Positions 20,244 through 32,119 of a stretch of 64,000 nt of DNA are shown in pieces. The notes beneath the pieces were generated by a model. It ran no database searches, was not told where the DNA came from, and was given only the letters and a program-made list of their open reading frames with translations. The position numbers were made by a program, and so were the translations under genes. Every line of letters begins with the position of its first letter. Position 1 is the stretch's first letter. Source of the stretch: Calditrichia bacterium (GTDB taxonomy: Bacteria; Calditrichota; Calditrichia; JAJRVZ01); NCBI GenBank assembly GCA_963796965.1, contig CAWCNS010000005.1:576001-640000 (forward strand). The letters run 5' to 3'.

Positions 20244-23200
20244 TGAATAAAGCAATTACCTTTCTTGTTAAATATCCCATCTGGTCAAATGTCGTACTTT
20301 ACAGTATTCTCGGTTTTGGAGTGATTGCTTTATTGCAGATGCGTTACTCCTCATTTCCAGAGGTGCAGTCAGGTATTGTTACGATTCAGGTCGCCTATCC
20401 CGGCGCCTCCCCTCAGGAAGTTGAGGAGGGTGTTGTTCTCAAGATTGAGGAAAACCTTGAGGGCATTGAAGACATTGAACGAATCACATCTTTCTCACGG
20501 GAAAATTTCGGGACGGTGAATGTTGAAGCCATCTATGGCGTCGATATTGACCGCGTACTTGCCGATGTAAAAAACGCGGTGGATCGTATTAATTCCTTCC
20601 CACAGGGCAGCGAAAAGCCTGTTGTTTATGAAATGAAATTTCGTAGCAGAACCCTTTCTGTAGTTCTATATGGTGATACCGATTTATTTAATTTGAAGGT
20701 ATTCGCTGAAAACCTACGTGAGGATATTTTCAGCTAATCCTGGCATTTCTCAGGTATCCATAACAGGATTACCAAATCCGGAAATCTCAATTGAAGTCTC
20801 AGAATCAGATATGCGCCGGTATCAGCTCACTTTTAATGAGATAGCTTCGGCCGTCCGATCCGCTAATACAAATATATCCGGTGGAAAATTTGATACCCGG
20901 GATGAAGAAATTCTGATCCGGGCTTACGGAAGGAAGTACTATGCAAAGGAGTTGGAGAATATTCCCGTTCGTGGTAATCCTGATGGAACGATCATCCATT
21001 TAAAGGATGTCGCTAATGTCGTAGAACGATGGGAAGATATCCCCGATAAATCATATTTTAATGGCAGAAACTCTGTTGTTTTGAGTGTTGATAAAACGGC
21101 GGATGAAGATATTCTCGATGTCTCGCGTTTAACAAAAGAAACAATCGAAAGATTTAACCAGGACAATCAACAAGTCGAAGCTGTTCTTACTAGATGACCG
21201 AACCGTATCCCTGAAGCAACGTTTAAATCTTCTTAAAAACAACGGGCTTATCGGACTAGGATTGGTTATAATAACGCTTGGATTCTTTATGAATCTAAGA
21301 TTATCCATGTGGGTTTCAGTCGGAATTCCTTTTTCTTTTGCCGGAATGTTCATCGTGGCAAATATGGCAGGTATCACGATTAATTCCATTTCAACATTTG
21401 GAATGATCATTGTCGTGGGTATTTTAGTAGACGATGGCATTGTTGTCGGAGAGAATATATATGCCCATTATGAGCGTGGAAAATCAGCGATTCGTTCGGC
21501 CATTGACGGCACATTGGAAATGATTGCCCCTGTTTTCACCTCGGTGATGACGACGATTATCATCTTTTTACCATTTTTCTTTTTGGAAGGATTTTTGGGT
21601 AAATTCATCTGGCATATGGCCTTAGTTGTAATTGCGTCCTTGGCGTTTTCTCTTGTTGAGGCTTTCATCATTTTACCCGCCCATCTGGCACACTCCAAAG
21701 GCCTGCATCCGCATAAAGAAGATCCCCCCATCAGAAAAAAGATAGAAAAGTTTATTGCCTTTATAACCCATAAAATGTATGCCCCTTCGCTAAGAGTGGC
21801 GCTTCAACATAAGTGGATTACCCTAACCATCCCAATTGCTTTTTTAATTATCTCCATCGGATTGATCGGTGGCGGCGTTATTGGTCTCACACCGTTTCCC
21901 TATATTGATGGTGACACCCTTCCCGTCAATGTTTCCCTTCTTTCAGGTAGCCAGGAAGCAGACACTGATTCTCTCCTGGCCCATATTGAACGCGTTTGCT
22001 GGGATGTAAACTCCGAAATGCGTCAGGAGCGCGAAGATGGCAGAGACCTCATCCTGGGCATCCGCAGAGAAATTGGAAAAAATGATTTTGGTGAGGCAGG
22101 CAGCAATACCGGAAAACTTACCCTGGAGTTACTCGACGGTGAGACGCGCAACATCGAGAGTTTTATTATTGCCTCACGAATCCGCCAAAAAGTGGGTCTG
22201 GTCCCCGAGGCTAAAAATATCACTTTTGGACGGCAGGGATTTTTCGGCAAACCCATTTCTATCAGTCTGTTGGGGAATAATCTGGATGAGTTGAACCGGG
22301 CAAGAGATATGCTAATTGCAGAATTGGAAAATATGCCCGTATTAAAAGACATTACAGATTCTAATCAGGAAGGACGCAGGGAACTTAATATCCGGCTCAA
22401 ACCACGGGCCTATGCGTTAGGACTTCGCCTGAGTGATATTGCCGGTCAGGTGCGGCAAGGCTTCTTTGGTCAGGAAGTACAAAGGATCCAGAGAGGTCGC
22501 GATGAAGTTAAAATATGGGTCCGTTACAGACCCGAGGACCGTTCGGCCCTGGGTTTCTTAGATCAAATGCGTATCAGAACCCCTGCCGGGAAAGAATATC
22601 CATTCAGCGAATTAGCTGAATATACGATTGAGCGGGGTTTAATTGTCATTAATCATCTGGACAAAAAGCGGGAAATTAAAGTTGAAGCGAATCTGGCAAA
22701 TGAAAAGGATGATTTGCCACCAATATTATCAGAAATCAGTGATAATATTATACCGGTGATACTTGCCCAGGTAGCCGGGGTTCAGGTTTCCTACGAAGGA
22801 CAATCAAGAAGCAGGGAAAAGGAAGCAAGTTCCATGCAGCGTAGCTTTCCCCTGGCATTTTTAGGAATGTTTATTCTTATCGTGCTGGTTTTTCGCTCTA
22901 CAATCCAGGCTGCATTAATATTTTCTTTAATTCCGTTAGGAATCATTGGCGCAATCTGGGGACATGGCATCCAGGGTGTGCAACTTTCTTTTTTGTCTCT
23001 CTATGGAATCCTCGCCTTATCGGGTATTATTATAAATGACAGTATTGTGTTTGTCGATCAAATTAACCGCAATCTACGGAAGGGACAAAAAATAGTTGAT
23101 GCCGTCTATCATGCCGGGATATCACGTTTGCGCCCTATTTTATTGACGACCCTTACAACATCTTTTGGTTTGGCCCCTATCATTCTGGAAGGCAGCCGTC

Positions 23201-23397
23201 AGGCCCAGTTTCTTATCCCCATGGCCGTATCGGTCGCCTATGGTATGATATTCGGCACTTTTGTACTCTTAATGGTACTTCCGGCTGGCTTTCTGGCCAT
23301 TAATAAGATCAGATTCTGGATTTTAAACCTCTATAAATCTGACATATCCTACGAATCGATTGAACCAGCCATACAGGAGTTGAAGGTGGAGGCGTAG
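20243..23397 (+). CDS. AcrB/AcrD/AcrF-family RND permease; two frameshifts (~20730, ~21190)
   Basis: YPGASPQEVE, GILVDDGIVVGEN, RLRPILLTTLTT motifs across three consecutive ORFs. Confidence 0.9.
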
Positions 23398-23413
23398 GGT
23401 GAACATATTGAAA

Positions 23414-23575
23414 AGAGAAGCGTGGGAGCGATGAGCGTGGAGAGAAAAGCGTAGAGCGTAGAGACACGTGACGTGAAAAGAGAAGAGAGAAAAGTGAAGT
23501 AGAGGCTCATGGCTTTGCGCCTGATCGTGGAGTGTAGAGTGTAGTGAGTCGTGAGACATGAGACGTGAGACGATA
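23414..23575. repeat. Heptamer mosaic (AGCGTRG / AGAGAAG / ACGTGAG)
   Basis: gagcgtggagagaaaagcgtagagcgtagagacacgtgacgtgaaaagagaagagagaaaag ... gtcgtgagacatgagacgtgagac; inverted counterpart at 26310-26470. Confidence 0.75.
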
Positions 23576-23806
23576 ATTTAAAATTCTCGATTTATGATTG
23601 GCAAATTAGGAATAACAAATCACGAGATTACTGGATTACGGTTAAGTTATTAATGAAATTTTTTCAAAAATAATACAACTTCCCTGATATAAGGGTTATA
23701 GTTTATTCATTAATTATATAATGAAATCGCTGCGGCGTTGCGGCGCTGCGAGAGATAAAAATCAGGCAGAACTATTTATATCGTATATAAAATTTAGGAA
23801 CAACCG

Positions 23807-25145
23807 ATGCTAAAAACGTTTACTTTATTCGTACTATTTCTGAGTATCTCCTTTGGCCAGAGTTTAATGACGGCTGAAGATGCGATTCTGATGGGATTAA
23901 AAAACAATTTTGATATTCAGATCGCGCGTAATCAGGAAAAAATCGCGGAAAATAATGCCGGAAAATCTATTTCAGGATTTTTGCCTACTCTGGATATTAC
24001 CGGCAATTACCAGGATCAAAGATCGGAACAGGAGACCAATTCCCCCTTCAGCTTTGGTAATTCAAGATCAACAAATTTTGCAGGATCAGTTGCCTTGAAC
24101 TGGATGTTGTTTGACGGATTCAGTATGTTCGTTAATCATGATCAATATCTGCAATTGGAAAAATTAGGAGAGTACCAGTCACGTAATATTATCGAGACGA
24201 CAGTGGTGACCATACTTAGCACATACTATAATCTGGTTCAACAGGAACAATTGCTGGACGTCGCCAGGGAGACTCTGGAAATATCAAAAACACGCTTAGA
24301 GCGGGAAAGAGTTCGGCAGGATTTGGGATCTGCATCATCAACCGATTTTTGGAATGCTCAGGTATCTTATAATAATGATCAGGCACAATTGGTGAATCAG
24401 GAGTTGCGCCGACTTATTGCCCAAAAGGATCTGAACACGCTTCTGGCCAGAAATGTGGATACACCGGTAGAGGTAGTAAAACAAATAATCATACCTGACC
24501 TTATTTATTCCTTATAATGAAATACTTTCTTTTGCACAAGAGCAGAATAGCAGGCTTCTGGTGGCCCAACAAAGCAAATCTGTCGCTGAAAATAATGTTG
24601 CCCTCCGCCGCGCTTATTTTTACCCGCGACTCTCTCTGATCGCCAATTATGATTACTCAGATCGAGGTGTTGATAGTGATGACCCCCGATTTACCAACAC
24701 GATTGAAACTCAAAGCCAGGATGGTATAGTTGGGTTCAATCTTTCCTTTAATATTTTTAATGGCATGAAAGATAAAATCGATTTGCAAAATGCCAAATTG
24801 GAAGCAAAAAATCAATCTCTGTCACTTCAGGATCAGGAGAACCGTTTGGCAGCAACCGTAAGAGAGAAACTTGAGACTTTTTATAAACGACTCGAATTGA
24901 TCGGTATTGAAGAGCAGAATGTTCTGGCCGCTCAGCAAAATCTTCAATTAAACAAGGATAGATTTGAAATAGGGGCATCTAGTTTTCTTGAATTTCGTGA
25001 TGCACAGGTTAACCTCACCCGCTCCCAATCTACTTTAATTGTTGCACGGTACCAGGCGCGTATCACCCGTTTGGAACTTGAGCAATTAATGGGAACTGGG
25101 AGATTCCGGAATAACCAGATTCCCAAGGAGTTTATAAAAAAGTAA
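23807..25145 (+). CDS. TolC-family outer membrane efflux protein; frameshift near 24515
   Basis: Signal peptide, FLPTLDITG, YPRLSL, RFEIGASSFLEFRDAQ; halves 23807-24517 and 24561-25145. Confidence 0.87.
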
Positions 25146-25328
25146 AAAGGCAAAGGGAAAAAGGTAAAAGAATTCCTAATTACCAGTTCCAAATTACAAA
25201 TTACTAACTCCATATAGACACGCAAATGTAAGTTATTGCTTTTAAAATTGCTCACATTCCATTATATTCTTCCATATTCAGATACTTCTTACCCAACCTG
25301 TATTTAATATATCTGATGGAGAAGTCCC

Positions 25329-26187
25329 ATGGGAAACAAGAAAAAGCATAAAGCGAAAAACGGTTCAGGAATTAATACCAATCAAGACCATATCACGATG
25401 GGGAAGGATAATAATCTTGAAAAAAAAGTTTATGAAGCAGAACTGGTAAAACTGCAGATTGAACTTGTGAAACTACAGGAATGGATTAAACACGAAGGGC
25501 TTAAAGGTTGTTGTTATATTTGAAGGGCGGGATGCTGCTGGAAAAGGCGGCGTTATTAAAAGAATCACCCAATCACTCAATCCCAGAGTATGCCGGGTGG
25601 TGGCTCTTGCACGCCCAACTGAACGAGAAAAAACACAATGGTATTTCCAAAGATATGTAGCCCATCTCCCGGCTACGGGAGAGATGGCTCTTTTTGATCG
25701 TAGCTGGTACAACCGGGCTGGCGTTGAGAGGGTAATGGGTTTTTGCACCGATGAAGAATATCAGGAATTTTTAAGATCCTGCCCATCCTTTGAAAGAATG
25801 ATAATTCGGTCAGGCATTATACTCATAAAATACTGGTTTTCAGTTAGTGATGAGGAACAGGAAAAAAGGTTTCATGCTCGCATTGAAGATCCAACAAAAC
25901 GATGGAAATTAAGTCCTATGGACCTGGAGTCCCGAAGAAAATGGGAGGATTATTCAAAAGCAAAAGATGAAATGTTTGCTTATACGGATATCAAACAAGC
26001 CCCCTGGTATGTGGTAAATGCCGATAATAAGAAAAAAGCGCGTTTAAACTGTATCATCCACTTATTGTCGATGATTCCTTATAAGGATCTCACACCAGCA
26101 CCAATCAAATTGCCCCCCCGTGAAGATATCAAAGGATATATTCGCCCTCCTATATCTGATCAGACTTTTGTACCGGAGAATTACTAA
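25329..26187 (+). CDS. ppk2: Polyphosphate kinase 2; frameshift near 25506
   Basis: YEAELVKLQIELVKLQEW; shifted frame VVIFEGRDAAGKGG (Walker A), WYFQRY, FDRSWYNRAG, WKLSPMD. Confidence 0.92.
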
Positions 26188-26309
26188 TCTGAATTTTCCC
26201 TATATAAAAAAGAATAAACACAAAGTACTCTAAGAAGACACTAAGGACACAAAGTTTATAAAATATTAATTTTTGGGTATTTGGTAATTTGTAACTCGTA
26301 ATTAGCACT

Positions 26310-26470
26310 AGCTCTTGCTCTCAACGCATAACTCTCTTCCATCTACCTTACACCCTCAACACTTAACTCTCTTCTCTTCACTCTCCACTCTCTTCTCTTC
26401 ACGCTCCACGCTCTACGCTTTTCTCTCTACGTTTTACTCTCTTCTCTCTCTTCTCTCTCTTCTCTTTCCA
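26310..26470. repeat. Heptamer mosaic (CTCTACG / CTCTTCT), reverse complement of 23414-23575
   Basis: acgctccacgctctacgcttttctctctacg...ctcttctctctcttctctctcttctc. Confidence 0.72.
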
Positions 26471-26688
26471 TGAATCCCTTAATTCAAATATGAAGTATAT
26501 TTGTAAGTGGGGATCAGAGACATTTTATATTAATTCACTTTTTTGTATATTTGCATTGTAAATGGAATCGAATATGGAACAGAATACACATAGTTCTGTT
26601 TATTTGGTAAGTACGTTGTACCCAGGGAACCGGTATTACCCCCATCTAATCTATCGTTACTTTAAAAGAAATAGCTAAGGAGAGAGTT

Positions 26689-28244
26689 ATGCTTAAGGGA
26701 ATGTTGAAGCCAATTGTCGTCTTTTTCATCATTTGCGGTCTTGGATTGGCAGAAGAGCCTGTCGATTTGCAGGCAATCCAGAAAATCAAAGAAGAAGGAA
26801 TTAAAAATTCAAAAGTAATGGAAACGGTCAGTTATATTGTGATGTTTATGGTCCCAGATTAACCGGTTCACCGGATTTGCGGGAAGCAGCTGATTGGACA
26901 GTAAAACAGTTAAAAGAATGGGGGATTAACCAGGCGACTATTGAGGATTGGGGCTCTTTTGGACGTGGCTGGAAGAACAATAAAGTCTATGCTGAAATGA
27001 CCACACCGCGATATATGCCGCTTATTGCACAGCCAAAAGCCTGGACAAAAAGCACAGACGGTGTCATTTCTGGCTCACCCTATCTTCTTGAGATCGAATC
27101 TGCGGATGAATTGACAGCGATTTCCGACACCTTAACTGGGGCTATAATCATGCTTGGTAAACCCCGGGAGTGGTCACCAAAATTTAAGGACGATGCGCGT
27201 CGCTATACAGATGAAGAGTTGGCTGAAATTGCTGCGGCCCCCGAACCAGGTGCAAAATCTCGCTGGGCAGACTACCGTAAACAATATCGTGAATGCAGGG
27301 CTCTGCGGAAAGAAATTGATAAATTCCTGATCGAACAAAACGTAGGTGTAATTCTTGAGCCAAGCGAACGTGAACATGGTACCGTACGTGCCCATAGAGG
27401 CGGCTCCTATAAATTAAATGAGGATATTGCATTGCCGAATCTGGTTGTCTCAAATGAACAATATGGCCGCATGTATCGCATTTTAAAGAAAGAGCATCCT
27501 CTAACGATGCAAATCGATATACAAAACACCTTTTTTGAGCGGGATACCATTGCCTTCAATGTGATTGCCGAAATCCCAGGGAGTGACAGGAAATTAGAGG
27601 ATGAAGTCGTAATGTTGGGAGCCCATCTGGACTCGTGGCATGCAGGCACCGGGGCAACAGATAATGGTGGAAATTGCGCTATTGTAATGGAGGCTATAAG
27701 AATTCTAAAAGCAATTGGCGTTAAGCCCAGGCGAACGATCCGTATGGCTCTCTGGAGTGGAGAGGAACAAGGGTATCTGGGTTCAAGAGGTTATTTGGCC
27801 AAACATTATGGTGATCGCAAGACAATGGAATTAAAAGATATGCACAAAGATTTCTCTGTATATTTTAATTTGGATAATGGTACAGGAAAGATTCGGGGCA
27901 TTTATTTACAGGAAAATGATGCGGTTCGTCCAATATTTGAAGCCTGGCTCAAGCCTTTCAATGATATGGGCGCTAATGTCGTAACAATTAAGAACACAAC
28001 GGGTACAGATCATATTCCATTTAACGAAATTGGCTTACCCGGATTTCAATTTATCCAGGATCCAATCGATTATATGCCACGTACCCATCATACGAATATG
28101 GATGTTTACGAACATGTTATACCGGGAGATGCCATGCAGGCTTCTGTTATTTTAGCTTCATTTGCCTATCATGCGGCGATGAGGGATGCAAAAATTCCAA
28201 GAAAACCTTTGCCAGAACCAAAGCCTAAAGATCCTTGGGAATAA
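26689..28244 (+). CDS. Secreted M28 metallopeptidase (carboxypeptidase Q-like); frameshift near 26838
   Basis: Signal peptide after AAGGAG RBS; YGPRLTGS, GAHLDSW, GATDNG, WSGEEQG, FNLDNG, TDH, HHTNMD. Confidence 0.88.
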
Positions 28245-28280
28245 TTGTAAGACGTAAAACGTGAGATGTGAAACACTTAA

Positions 28281-28336
28281 TGTAAAAATAATTGTCAATT
28301 GGTTATTTTCGATTTCCAATTGACAATTATTTTACA
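28281..28336. terminator. Near-perfect 21-bp inverted repeat between convergent genes (probable bidirectional terminator)
   Basis: tgtaaaaataattgtcaattgg-13 nt-ccaattgacaattattttaca. Confidence 0.65.
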
Positions 28337-28359
28337 CTGTACTTATATATCTTTTATCT

Positions 28360-29262
28360 TTACCACAAGGGTGATGAATATTTACCTTTATCTACAAGAT
28401 CTTTGATCTTGCCAATGACAATTTCTTTATCTTCTTTATATGTCACACCAAACCATGATTCATCTGAGGATAAAACTTTTACCTTTGCCTTATTGTCCTG
28501 AATAAGTTCACCAACAACGTTAGGAAGAAAGAATTCTGATTTCATTTCGGATATATGCTGTTGAATAAACTTCATAAAAGAAGCTTCTAAATTATGGAAT
28601 ATTGTTGGTGTAAATCCCATCATATTCATTGAAACGTTGGTATTCTCAGCCACAGGCACCAATCCATCATTATCATCTCTATAGACAATTTGACCATCTT
28701 CCCTGAATATTTGTGTTCTTTCCACCAATCCCTGCAGATTTCTTTCACCATCCATTTCACATATGGCACGTGAGACATGTCCATGATCTGACAGGGTTTT
28801 TGAAACCTGATAACCGATGATACAATAATTTGATTCTTTTGTATCCAGGGATGACAAATAGTCAAAGGCCAGACGATAAGATCCTCCTCCATAAAAATCA
28901 TCGGCATTGATAATTACAAACGGTTCTTCAATTTGGCTGGCGGCCACCATTACCGCATGACCGGTTCCCCATGGTTTTTCTCTTCCATCAGGCACCTCAA
29001 GCCCGTTGGGAATCTGATCCAACTCCTGGTATACATAGTGCAGATCTAAATCAGAACTAAACCTTCCTTCAAAGAAGTTTCTAAAATCATCTTCCATACT
29101 TTTACGAATTACCAGCACAACTTTTCTAAATCCAGCCTGCATGGCGTCGTAAATTGAATAATCGATAATAGCTTCGCCAGAGGGTCCAAATGAATCAACC
29201 TGTTTTAGGCCGCCGTAACGGCTTCCCATACCCGCTGCTAGAATTAATAGACTTGGTACCAT
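28360..29262 (-). CDS. Sugar-phosphate nucleotidyltransferase (NTP_transferase family)
   Basis: LAAGMGSRYGGLKQ, REKPWGTGHA, INADDFYG, WFGVTYKED. Confidence 0.9.
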   Translation of the reverse strand: MVPSLLILAAGMGSRYGGLKQVDSFGPSGEAIIDYSIYDAMQAGFRKVVLVIRKSMEDDFRNFFEGRFSSDLDLHYVYQELDQIPNGLEVPDGREKPWGTGHAVMVAASQIEEPFVIINADDFYGGGSYRLAFDYLSSLDTKESNYCIIGYQVSKTLSDHGHVSRAICEMDGERNLQGLVERTQIFREDGQIVYRDDNDGLVPVAENTNVSMNMMGFTPTIFHNLEASFMKFIQQHISEMKSEFFLPNVVGELIQDNKAKVKVLSSDESWFGVTYKEDKEIVIGKIKDLVDKGKYSSPLW

Positions 29263-29332
29263 TTTGTATTTGTTCCTTTGGATTGACTATGATTTGCATG
29301 TTAAGTATTATTTTATTAACTACAATTCTCGC

Positions 29333-29471
<139 letters not shown>

Positions 29472-29478
29472 TATTTTT

Positions 29479-30520
29479 TCATTTTTCTTTCTGTATAATT
29501 TCCCATTCATCAAAGACGGCTATAACTGTTTCCGGATTAGCGCCAGCCCCAAATTCTAATTGTGTAATGATCCCACCTTTTGGATCATAAAGATGCTTTG
29601 CGACCTTTCTAACTGCATCCCGCCCATCCTGAGGATTTCCTGATGGTAGAATATGTTGTCGATCAATTTCTCCCCAAAAGGTAATTTTTCCCTTTGCCCT
29701 GGTTTCCAGAGACTTCCATATCCATGCAGAAAATCTGTGAATTAATTGCATCTACTCCTACCTCGATCAAATCCTCATAAATGTCTTGAATAAAGCCGTC
29801 TGAATGCATAAATAAAAACTTTCCATGTGCATGAGCAAGTTCACAATAATCTTTATAAAGAGGTTTGAAATACAATCTCCACAGATCCGGGGGAATAAGT
29901 AATTGACTTTGTGCTCCCCAATCGTCCATAATATTCAAACCATCAACATCAGATTTTACCCATAGTTCAAACTCGCGAATATAAAAATCATGAATTTTAT
30001 TCAGAAGATCTTTACCGCCCGAAGCCATCATCATAATATCCAGCATCGCATTTTCGGTTCCACGGATAAATTGGTATCTTTCCCAGGGCCGTGGGCAAAT
30101 ATTCCCAAAAACGAACTTATCGCTTTTCTCATAATATCGACTAATCGTATCATACATTTCCTGAATCTCGAATTTGCCTTCCGGCAACTGATCATAAGGC
30201 GGCTGAACCGTATTCCAATCATTAATATCTCCAATAATTGGCTGATCCACCTCACCGATGATACCATCCTGAATATTTTTAAAATGACATCCCCATTCAT
30301 CTACATAGGTACCAATTTTATAAGCGTCTCCTTTAGCCACAGTGGATGGTTTATAATAATAATCCGGAGCGGAAAAATCTGAAGGATACTTCTGGTTAAT
30401 CTCCTCCAATATTTCCGGATAATAAATTTCTGCCCATGGTAGATGCCATAAATCTCTGGGCATACGAGCAGGGTCTTCAAAGTTCAAACATCGTGTAACG
30501 ATCTCTTTTGCGTTCTGCAC
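29479..30520 (-). CDS. UROD/MetE-like (MtaA/CmuA-type) methyltransferase family protein 1; frameshift near 29700-29720
   Basis: YVDEWGC, IRGTENAMLD, MDDWGAQ..LLIPP, FMHSDG; tail ITFWGEIDRQHILP (ORF 29479-29751). Confidence 0.82.
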
Positions 30521-30587
30521 TCTGCAATCTCCATAATATTGGGAATAATCACAGTGATGAAAATCACCGTAAGGTTGGTTTATTTAT

Positions 30588-31308
30588 CTATCTCACCGGA
30601 ATTCTTTGACCATTTTTACCTCGACGCATGAAACAATTTTCCTGTGTACAAAAAGCACATGTATATGGGAGTCTTTCTACGGATTTTCCGGCACCAATAA
30701 CACCACTCACTGATTTTATCGGCGTCATCAAAGCTGAAGGATGCAATGTGATGCCAAGAAATTGTTCAGGAAGTAGACTAAATAGTTTATGTTGCTCGTA
30801 AACATCCCAACCACAGTAACCTGGACTGTACCTGTTAGTACTATTTAATCCCTGTTTTGATAATTGTGTTTCAATTTTACCACTGATCCAATCAATTGCC
30901 TGCTCAACCTTAAGCGAGCCAATCACATCAGCCACATATCCTGAAAATGGGTCACCCCCACTAAAAAAACTGCGTGACCAATCATCAAATTTCGGGCCTA
31001 ATGTGGCAGCAAATATTATCAGGGTTGAGCTACCTTGTAATTGCTGAGCAACGATTGCATCGCTTTCAAACTTTACGTTGTCACAAGTTAGTGTATCTTT
31101 ATTAATCCTGACAATGGTATTCTCAAATATCCGGTATCCTCCCCGGATATCCATGTGTTCTTTTGCATCCTTTAGAATACCCCGAACCATAAGACTTATA
31201 TCCTGTTCAGGTGAGATCGTCTCGAATCTTAATATTTTAAGAAGATCTTCTTCGCATTCCGGCAATAAATTTTCATCTATTTCGTATTCAAAAAGCTGAT
31301 CTCGTCAT
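30588..31308 (-). CDS. Stand-alone B12-dependent methionine synthase reactivation (SAM-binding) domain protein; 5' frameshift in T-run ~31290
   Basis: FAATLG, RYSPGYCGW, PIKSVSGVIG and terminal CAFCTQENC. Confidence 0.85.
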
Positions 31309-31318
31309 ATGATTCTGA

Positions 31319-31975
31319 TTACACTAAGCTTTTTGCAAAACTATGCGGATCTGGAAAATATCCATCAGCACCAATTTTTTCGCTGAATTTTGTAGAAAGC
31401 GGCGCTCCACCAACAAATACCCGTGTACCGGGTACAGCCTCCTTCAGGGCTTTAACTGACGCCTCCATATTCACCATCGTTGTTGTTAATAAGGCACTCA
31501 TACCAACCAAGGCTCCAGGATTTTCTTTCAAAGCTGCAAGAAATTTATCTGCTGTTACATCGACGCCCAAATCTATTACTTTCCAACCATCACCTTCCAA
31601 AACCATACGAACAATATTTTTACCAATATCATGCAAATCACCAGCAACAGTACCGATTATGACCGTACCTTTGTGTTTGGCTTCTCCGCTATCGAAATAT
31701 GGTTTCAAATGTACCATGGCTGCATTCATTGCTTTTGCTGCAATCAAGAGTTCAGGTATAAAGGCCTCTCCTTTACCAAAGCGATCCCCGATCACATTCA
31801 TCCCGACCATTAATCCCTTTTTTAAAATATCATTAGCAGATACACCTTTTTCCAAAAGTTGTTGGGTTATTTCAGAGGCTCCATCTTGTCCCTGCATATC
31901 CGGTGGATAAGGTAAATCCTTTTCTGCTTTACCCCGCTCAACACAAATAGCTAATTGTTCTAATAATGAATCCAT
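31319..31975 (-). CDS. mtaC: Corrinoid (cobalamin-binding) protein, MtaC/MtbC-like
   Basis: B12 cap domain (GMNVIGDRF...FIPELLIAAKAM) plus GDLHDIGKNIV, DLGVDV, SALLTTT, GGAP; AAGGA RBS before ATG 31975. Confidence 0.9.
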   Translation of the reverse strand: MDSLLEQLAICVERGKAEKDLPYPPDMQGQDGASEITQQLLEKGVSANDILKKGLMVGMNVIGDRFGKGEAFIPELLIAAKAMNAAMVHLKPYFDSGEAKHKGTVIIGTVAGDLHDIGKNIVRMVLEGDGWKVIDLGVDVTADKFLAALKENPGALVGMSALLTTTMVNMEASVKALKEAVPGTRVFVGGAPLSTKFSEKIGADGYFPDPHSFAKSLV

Positions 31976-32119
31976 CCTTGCATCCTTTCTAATTATAACC
32001 AATATGATTTAGGTCTATTACGATTTTCTCTGATTGATTAAAGTAATGATTCCACTCAATAAATCTGTATCTCATTGTTTTTATATTTCAAAACTTTCTA
32101 TAATTTACAGAATCATAAA

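Noticed and set aside
23323..23559. 78-aa His/Ser/Leu-rich minus-strand ORF
   Set aside because: Translation of a heptamer mosaic, antisense to the RND operon
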